This document shows positions 58,130 to 64,000 of a stretch of DNA of 64,000 bases, one piece after another. Position 1 is the stretch's first letter. Each line of letters opens with the position of its first letter. A program made the position numbers and the translations under genes. The stretch is from Desulfatiglandales bacterium (GTDB taxonomy: Bacteria > Desulfobacterota > DSM-4660 > Desulfatiglandales > HGW-15): positions 1,888,001 to 1,952,000 of the forward strand of contig CAXXJJ010000004.1 of assembly GCA_963667015.2 (NCBI GenBank), written 5' to 3'. Under the pieces are notes generated by a model. That model saw nothing but the letters and a program-made list of their open reading frames with translations. It did not search any database and was not told the origin of the DNA.

Positions 58130-60504
58130 CTGTCTCTGGGACACACTTGACACCGTGGGTAATTGATGCTAGAATCGGTAGCATGTGGATAAATGGACAA
58201 CATATTAATGAGAAGCTGATTGAAAAGATAAGCAAGGCTATTGAGTCAGAGCCTGAGATATCCAGGCGAGAGTTATCGAGACGGGTGTGTGAGTGGGTAG
58301 GCTGGCGATCAGCGAATGGCAAGCTTAAGGAAATGAGCTGCAGGAAAGTGCTTCAGGAACTACAAAGGCGAGGAAGCATCAGGTTACCTAAAAGTGAAAA
58401 AACTTATGGATTTCAAAACATCAATGTTGAAAAAGGACAGGTATTACCCTGGGTAAAAGAAGCGGATTGTGATCTTAGCGGACTGGGCAGAGTCGAGGTA
58501 ATACCTGTAAGCAGCCGTTACAGCAAGAGCTCTCGTGACTGGAACCAGTTGCTTGATGGGTATCACTACCTTGGGCGGGGGCCTTTATGTGGAGCACAGA
58601 TTCGCTATTTGATTAAGAGTGAAAAATATGGCTGCATAGGTGGCCTGAGCTTTAGCGGAGCGACCCGGAAATTAAAGGCACGAGAGGAATGGATAGGATG
58701 GAGCGAAGGAGCCCGAAGACAAAATTTAGAGAAGGTGGTATGCAACAGCCGCTTTTTAATAGTCCCGACAATAAGGGTGAAGAACCTTTCATCGCATGTA
58801 TTAAGCCTGAGCCTTAAGCGATTGAGAGAGGATTGGCTGAAAAAGTACAAATATGAGATAGAGCTTGTTGAGACCTTTGTAGATCCGGTAAGATTCAAAG
58901 GTACTAGCTATATAGCCTCGAACTGGACAAAGATAGGGGAAACTGCTGGCCGGAGAGACGGCTACGCGAACGGGAAAATATCGAGTGGAAAGAAAGATAT
59001 ATATGTATATCCGCTTACGAAGGAGTATCGAGAGAGGCTATGCCATGAAAGCCCGAGTTTGTTGGGATGCGGCAAACGACTTTTCGAGCCACAGGACTGG
59101 GTTGAAGAGGAGTTTGGGGGAGTTGAGCTATACGATGGAAGATTAAAGGAAAGGTTATTTACTCTGGCGAGGGATTTTTATTCTCAGCCTGGAAAACTTG
59201 TTCCACAAGCGAGCAATGGCTCAAAGGCAAAGGTTAAGGCAGCGTACCGATTTTTTGATAATGGCAACATAGATATGCAAGTATTATTGAAACCGCACAT
59301 AGAGTCGAGCATAGAGAGGATAAAGGGACACAGTGTTGTTCTTGCAGTACAGGACACAACTACCCTTACATATAGTCATCATGCAGTAGAAGGAATGGGG
59401 CCGGTGAACACGAAGGGAGACAGATCTGTTGGTCTGTTGGTTCATGATACCATGGCTTTTACAGAAGATGGTGTTCCATTAGGTCTTCTTGATGTTCAAT
59501 GCTGGTCGAGAAAAGAGGAGGAAGCTGGTAAAAGGGAGTTTCGCGCGCGCCTGCCGATTGATCAAAAGGAAAGCATAAAATGGCTTAAGAGTTATCGGGC
59601 AGTGGAAGAAGTTCAGGGTCTTTGTCCGGATACTACGCTTGTGAGTGTTGGTGATCGAGAAGCCGATATATATGAGTTTTTCGAAGAAGCCGGCAGGAAT
59701 GTATCGGGTCCGAAGCTGCTGGTTCGAGCCAAGCGTGGAGGAGGGAAGAAATCAGAAGAAGCGAGTCTTTTGGAAAAACTTTTAGAGGCTCCTTTGTCAG
59801 GCACACAGGAGCTTTTTATACCCCGAAAAGGATCACGTCGAGCTAGAACTGCTAAGTTAGGGATACGCTTTATCGAGATAGAGAAAAGGGCGCCCAGAAA
59901 AAAAGCCAACAGGCCGTCTATAAGGATGTGGGCGGTTCTTGCCAAGGAAATCGAAGCTGGTGAAAATGTTAAGGACCCGCTTGAATGGATATTGTTGACA
60001 ACAGTTAAGACAGAAACATTTGAAGACGCTTGTAAAAGAATAGCCTGGTACAGCAAACGTTGGGGAATAGAAACATATCACCGGACATTAAAAAGCGGAT
60101 GCCGGATAGAAGACCGAAGACTGGAAAATGCAGACAGGTTAGAAGCCTGCCTGGCAATTGATTTTGTAGTTGCCTGGAGAATATTCTGGATGACAAAACA
60201 AGGTCGAGAGATCCCCGACATTCCTTGTGATGTATTTTTAAGTGAAGACGAGTGGCAGGTTTTATGGATCAAGATAAATAAAGGTCCGATTCCAGCCAAA
60301 CCGCCATCTATAGGTCAAGTGCTTCCAATGATTGGAGCGCTGGGTGGATACCTCAACAGAAAGGGGGATGGTCCTCCTGGTACCACAAGTATGTGGAGAG
60401 GTCTTACGCGGCTTCAGTCTATGGCCGAAGGTTACGCACTTGCTAAAAGACACATGCAGCGAGCAGGACCTTAAACATCTGTGTCAAGTGTGGGTAATAG
60501 TCAG
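58130..60504 (+). mobile_element. IS4-family (IS50/Tn5-like) insertion sequence, 2375 bp, 9-bp target duplication GGCTTGACC
   Basis: Ends CTGTCTCTGGGACACACTTGACAC / reverse-complement CTGACTATTACCCACACTTGACAC; GGCTTGACC at 58121-58129 and 60505-60513. Confidence 0.93.
58183..60474 (+). CDS. IS4/Tn5-like DDE transposase with N-terminal DUF4338 (DruA-like) domain; start at MWINGQ
   Basis: YHYLG..PLCGAQIRYL, NSRFLI.P, VETFVD...GTSY.ASNW (DUF4338); W.EEEF...DGRL..R, AAYRF, QDTT, DREAD, Y..RW.IE..H..LKSG (Tn5-like). Confidence 0.92.
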   Translation: MWINGQHINEKLIEKISKAIESEPEISRRELSRRVCEWVGWRSANGKLKEMSCRKVLQELQRRGSIRLPKSEKTYGFQNINVEKGQVLPWVKEADCDLSGLGRVEVIPVSSRYSKSSRDWNQLLDGYHYLGRGPLCGAQIRYLIKSEKYGCIGGLSFSGATRKLKAREEWIGWSEGARRQNLEKVVCNSRFLIVPTIRVKNLSSHVLSLSLKRLREDWLKKYKYEIELVETFVDPVRFKGTSYIASNWTKIGETAGRRDGYANGKISSGKKDIYVYPLTKEYRERLCHESPSLLGCGKRLFEPQDWVEEEFGGVELYDGRLKERLFTLARDFYSQPGKLVPQASNGSKAKVKAAYRFFDNGNIDMQVLLKPHIESSIERIKGHSVVLAVQDTTTLTYSHHAVEGMGPVNTKGDRSVGLLVHDTMAFTEDGVPLGLLDVQCWSRKEEEAGKREFRARLPIDQKESIKWLKSYRAVEEVQGLCPDTTLVSVGDREADIYEFFEEAGRNVSGPKLLVRAKRGGGKKSEEASLLEKLLEAPLSGTQELFIPRKGSRRARTAKLGIRFIEIEKRAPRKKANRPSIRMWAVLAKEIEAGENVKDPLEWILLTTVKTETFEDACKRIAWYSKRWGIETYHRTLKSGCRIEDRRLENADRLEACLAIDFVVAWRIFWMTKQGREIPDIPCDVFLSEDEWQVLWIKINKGPIPAKPPSIGQVLPMIGALGGYLNRKGDGPPGTTSMWRGLTRLQSMAEGYALAKRHMQRAGP

Positions 60505-60607
60505 GGCTTGACCGGGGAATCCAGTTTTTTTAAATCAAAAAAGACCTGGCAGTACACTGATATGAAAACACTGCTTATCAAGGTTAACGCGTTTAATAAT
60601 ATAATAC

Positions 60608-60639
60608 AGGACCTGCTCGATTTTACAGCAGGTCCTTTT
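60608..60639 (+). terminator. Rho-independent terminator-like hairpin
   Basis: aggacctgct-cgattttac-agcaggtcct-ttt. Confidence 0.6.
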
Positions 60640-60656
60640 CTATTTGGAGGAATAAA

Positions 60657-61943
60657 ATTCCTGCTTTACTGAAAATAACAATCATCTTTGCAGGCATCCT
60701 GGTCCTGAACAGGCTCGGTCTTCACCTGGCCGTTTCACTGCTGGCAGGGTCCATATCCCTTGGGTTTTTAATGGCAATATCTCCCATGGAATTACTCACC
60801 TGCCTGTATGACAGTATCATAAACTACCAGACCCTCAGCCTCTCGCTAATCGTGTGGCTCATAATGGTTATGAGCGACATAATGGCAAAAAGCGGGCATA
60901 TGAAAAGGCTGGTGGGCAGTTTTACGCGTCTTGCCAGGGATGCAAGGATGGTAGCCACTGTAATGTCCGCCCTCATAGGGCTTTTGCCAATGCCGGGAGG
61001 GGCGCTCTTTTCCGCCCCGCTGGTGGATGAATCGCTCTCAAGGGTTAAAGCCACTCCTGAACAAAAGGCCTCGCTTAATTACTGGTTCAGGCATATATGG
61101 GAATACTGGTGGCCCCTGTACCCGGGGGTAATCCTTGCCATAGCATTATTAAATGTCGAAACATGGCATTATATGGCCTTTGCCATTCCCATGACTCTGC
61201 TGTCAATCGGGGCCGGTTATTTCTTTATCATAAGGCCCATGGATAAAACCGGTCAAAACGCCGGAAGCCGTGTTACATGGAGCGGTGTAAAGGAATTTAT
61301 CCATGAAATGATGCCGATTATTATTATCATTTTATCCATATTCATCATAACCGGGCTGTCCAAACTGCTCAAGGTTACAGCAGGCATAAGCATCCCTTCC
61401 CTTGCCCCTGTTATCACAGGGCTTGCAGGAGCTATCCTGTGGGTCTGCAGTACAAACAAAATAGCCCCGTCTGGGCTCCTTAAGGCAACATTCGGGAAAT
61501 CAAACCTTACAATGATCTTCCTGGTCATCTCCATAATGCTCTTTAAGGGAGTAATGACTGACTCGGGCGCGGTCCAGGCAATAAGAGACGAGCTGATGAC
61601 ATACGGGATACCCGCAATACTGCTCATAATTATAATGCCATTTTTTTCAGGATTTATACTGGGGATAGCAGTGGGTTTTGTGGGTGCATCCTTTCCGCTT
61701 ATTATACCGCTGATACCAGCCCATGACACATACACATACCTGTCATATGCCGCGCTGGCTTACACATTCGGGTACATGGGAATGATGCTTTCACCCGTGC
61801 ACCTCTGTTTTCTGGTAACAAGGGATTATTTCAAGGCAGGCATCGGGGGCAGTTACAGCTATATCATCAAGACCTGTGTTACAGTTCTTGTTTCTGCAAC
61901 CGTGCTTTTTTTTATATCAAATTTTCTGCATGGATTATTTTAA
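60657..61943 (+). CDS. DUF401-family membrane protein (probable ATT start at 60657; first ATG 60771)
   Basis: [41 protein letters not shown]; the open frame extends upstream to GGAGG-N6-ATT. Confidence 0.85.
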   Translation: MPALLKITIIFAGILVLNRLGLHLAVSLLAGSISLGFLMAISPMELLTCLYDSIINYQTLSLSLIVWLIMVMSDIMAKSGHMKRLVGSFTRLARDARMVATVMSALIGLLPMPGGALFSAPLVDESLSRVKATPEQKASLNYWFRHIWEYWWPLYPGVILAIALLNVETWHYMAFAIPMTLLSIGAGYFFIIRPMDKTGQNAGSRVTWSGVKEFIHEMMPIIIIILSIFIITGLSKLLKVTAGISIPSLAPVITGLAGAILWVCSTNKIAPSGLLKATFGKSNLTMIFLVISIMLFKGVMTDSGAVQAIRDELMTYGIPAILLIIIMPFFSGFILGIAVGFVGASFPLIIPLIPAHDTYTYLSYAALAYTFGYMGMMLSPVHLCFLVTRDYFKAGIGGSYSYIIKTCVTVLVSATVLFFISNFLHGLF

Positions 61944-61945
61944 AA

Positions 61946-62788
61946 ATGAAGTATATCGGAGCCCATGTAAGCATAAGCGGCGGTGTTGAAAACGCCCCCC
62001 AAAACGCGGAAAATATCGGCGCAAAGGCCTTTGCCATGTTCACAAAAAATCAGAGGCAATGGCAGTCAAAACCACTGACAGATGAAAACATCACCCGCTT
62101 CAGGGCACACTGCATCAGTAAAGGTTACGATCCCGCGCACATCCTGCCCCACGACAGCTATCTTATCAATCTCGGGCACCCGGAAGAAGAGGGCCTCCTA
62201 AAATCAAGAAATGCATTTCTTGATGAAATGCAGCGCTGCGAACAACTGGGTCTTAAGTACCTGAATTTTCATCCCGGAAGTCACCTGAATAAAACTGCTC
62301 CCGAACAGTGTCTTGAAAGGATCGCCGAATCAATCAACATTATCCTTGATAAAACATCAGGCGTTACGGCTGTTTTAGAAAACACCGCCGGCCAGGGCAC
62401 CAACATGGGAAACCGGTTTGAAGAACTGGCCCTTATAATTAAAAATGTAAATGATAAAACCCGCATAGGAGTGTGCCTGGATACTGCCCACACCTATTCT
62501 GCCGGGTATGACATTAAAACTGCTAAAGGTTTTGAGAATACCCTGAAGGAGTTTGATAACATTGTTGGAATTGACTACCTGAAGGCCATTCACCTGAACG
62601 ATTCCAAAAAGGAATTCGGAAGCCGGGTGGACAGGCATGAGAGCATAGGGAAAGGCTCCCTCGGTCTTGAACCCTTCAGATTCATCATGAATAATCCTCA
62701 ATTTAATAATATCCCCATGGTTCTTGAAACACCCGATGAAAGTATATGGGAAAAGGAAATTAAACTCCTTTACAGCCTGATTGACTGA
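61946..62788 (+). CDS. nfo: Endonuclease IV
   Basis: [43 protein letters not shown]...DRH, LETP. Confidence 0.97.
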   Translation: MKYIGAHVSISGGVENAPQNAENIGAKAFAMFTKNQRQWQSKPLTDENITRFRAHCISKGYDPAHILPHDSYLINLGHPEEEGLLKSRNAFLDEMQRCEQLGLKYLNFHPGSHLNKTAPEQCLERIAESINIILDKTSGVTAVLENTAGQGTNMGNRFEELALIIKNVNDKTRIGVCLDTAHTYSAGYDIKTAKGFENTLKEFDNIVGIDYLKAIHLNDSKKEFGSRVDRHESIGKGSLGLEPFRFIMNNPQFNNIPMVLETPDESIWEKEIKLLYSLID

Positions 62789-62856
62789 TAACCGGTAATT
62801 TGCAGAAATTGTTTAAATATTAAATATGGTTTTAAATATTATAAAGAGGTGAAAAT

Positions 62857-63249
62857 ATGCCGTTTGTAAATGTAAAAGTGGTTAAGAGTCAAATCAATGA
62901 GGAAATAAAAGATAATATTATTAAGGGTCTTACTGATCTGATAGTAAATATAATGGGTAGAGATCAATCTCTTACCACAATTGTAATTGATGAAATTGAG
63001 AATTCTTCATGGGCAATTAATGGTGCCGCAATTAATCTTGATAAAGATTTTGTGTCATTTATAAATATCAAGGTATCAAAGGGGACAACAAACCCTGAAG
63101 AAATGTCGACCATGATAAAGGAAATCAAAAATCTTATGGCGAGAGTAATAGGCAACCAGGCAGTAGCCAATTATGTAATTATTGATGAATTGAATTCTGC
63201 TGGCTGGGGGTTTGATGGTTTATCAATGAATGACCGATCAAAATTATAA
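62857..63249 (+). CDS. Fused (tandem) 4-oxalocrotonate tautomerase-family protein
   Basis: N-terminal Pro (MPFVNVK); two beta-alpha-beta repeats ending IVIDEI..SSWAING and VIIDEL..AGWGFDG. Confidence 0.8.
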   Translation: MPFVNVKVVKSQINEEIKDNIIKGLTDLIVNIMGRDQSLTTIVIDEIENSSWAINGAAINLDKDFVSFINIKVSKGTTNPEEMSTMIKEIKNLMARVIGNQAVANYVIIDELNSAGWGFDGLSMNDRSKL

Positions 63250-63253
63250 AAAA

Positions 63254-63316
63254 GCTCAACAAGGCGATTTCAATTAGACACACAAAAAGCCGCGCGGCTG
63301 ATTAGCGACGGTATAA
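63254..63316 (+). other. Degenerate attC-like site
   Basis: GCTCAAC-aaggc-gatttcaa...aaaaagccgcgcgg-ctgatta-gcgac-GGTATAA, 5 bp after a stop codon; R' GTT mutated to GGT. Confidence 0.5.
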
Positions 63317-63331
63317 AATCGTGAATGGGTA

Positions 63332-63691
63332 ATGAGTTTTCTGGTAAAATTATCACCTGACAACCCGCCGATAACGCTCAGAGAGCTGAGTCCTGAACTG
63401 GTTGCCCGTTATCTGCCGCCTTTTACCCCTCCTTCACAATGGCCGGACACCTGGAAACAGAAAGCAAAAGAAGAAGATGTTTATACCGGCAAGGGGTTTA
63501 ATATAAGGTTTAAAAATGGTAAACTGTTATCAATCGGTATCTGCTCCCATTGTGATGGTAGAAGAGAATACCCTATCGTAGGAACACTGGATGGACAGCA
63601 TTTTTATACGCTGCCCCTGACGGAGCAGCAGGTCATAGAAGTCTTTGGACCGCCTGATCGCATATTCAAGGTAAATGAAGTAAGATATTAA
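63332..63691 (+). CDS. Hypothetical protein (cassette-like, possibly 5'-truncated)
   Basis: 119-aa ORF bounded by attC-like sites; C-terminal LTEQQVIEVFGPPD motif. Confidence 0.5.
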   Translation: MSFLVKLSPDNPPITLRELSPELVARYLPPFTPPSQWPDTWKQKAKEEDVYTGKGFNIRFKNGKLLSIGICSHCDGRREYPIVGTLDGQHFYTLPLTEQQVIEVFGPPDRIFKVNEVRY

Positions 63692-63750
63692 CGTCAACAA
63701 ACAGGTTAAAAGGAGAGGCCCGGCCCCTTCAGTTAACCTGGACGCTATTT
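63692..63750 (+). other. Degenerate attC-like site
   Basis: CGTCAAC-aaac-aggttaa-aaggagaggcc/ggccccttc-ag-ttaacct-ggac-GCTATTT directly after the stop codon. Confidence 0.55.
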
Positions 63751-63766
63751 CTAAAAAGGAGGCCAT

Positions 63767-64000
63767 ATGCCCATAAAAATTCATCAGCCAACGATTATCG
63801 AGGCAGCCGGAAACAAATTCAAAAGAATTGAAGAGTATATCGGCCGTGTAAATACAAAAACACCGGACGTGAGTATAGCCCGTGTTGTGAGTCCTCCGGG
63901 ATGGACAGAACCCGGTCAGAAATCAGAATTCACCGAGTGTACAGTCGTATTGAAAGGGGTATTGCAGGTTGAAACAGGTTCGGACATGTTCATTATTCAT
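63767..64000 (+). CDS. Cupin-domain protein (EutQ-like), runs off the window
   Basis: AGGAGG RBS; MPIKIHQPTIIEAAGNKFKRIEEYIGRVNT...SPPGWTEPGQ..EF.ECTVVLKG.L. Confidence 0.8.
   Translation, partial: MPIKIHQPTIIEAAGNKFKRIEEYIGRVNTKTPDVSIARVVSPPGWTEPGQKSEFTECTVVLKGVLQVETGSDMFIIH

Noticed and set aside
58042..58182. ORF-track N-terminal extension of the transposase
   Set aside because: Extends outside the IS end (58130) and overlaps nfnB; the start is better placed at 58183.
60459..60487. Antisense promoter from the IS right end (TTGACA on minus strand)
   Set aside because: No -10 hexamer at a 16-18 bp spacing.

Overview
Chromosomal window of an anaerobic Desulfobacterota-like bacterium (inferred from gene content: class III cytochrome c3, NfnAB-type pair, corrinoid/RACo module). 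1-20.5 kb is housekeeping DNA, mostly on the minus strand: glnA with a sigma54 promoter, nagZ, a nucleotidyltransferase, an mraY homologue, tRNA-Cys and tRNA-Gly, and a long xerC-hslVU-argBDFGH-lysA-dapFAB-folK-tal run. About 20.7-39.95 kb is an integrase-less accessory/defence patchwork. It holds two secreted alpha/beta-hydrolases, a primase-helicase fusion, a DUF3800 + RlfB/PBECR-like gene pair facing a self-contained ~70-nt small RNA, a 1.3-kaa SMC/RloC-like ATPase with HEPN-like and tandem S24-like domains followed by an attC-like site, and several truncated genes. These pieces are joined by 128-bp and 187-bp direct repeats, recurrent TGTCAAG..GACCCC junction motifs and a MITE. 40-62.8 kb is core metabolism: EF-G paralogue, mog, cytochrome c3, a corrinoid/methylmalonyl-CoA operon, panB-panE behind a leader with terminator/antiterminator switch architecture, nfnAB, an IS50-like IS4 element inserted in a REP hairpin, DUF401 and nfo. 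The window ends in small ORFs separated by degenerate attC-like sites. Best candidates for undescribed systems: the DUF3800/RlfB-like + sRNA module, the SMC-HEPN-S24 protein, the panB leader switch, and the GACCCC-motif cassette patchwork. All calls come from reading motifs by eye; no searches were run.
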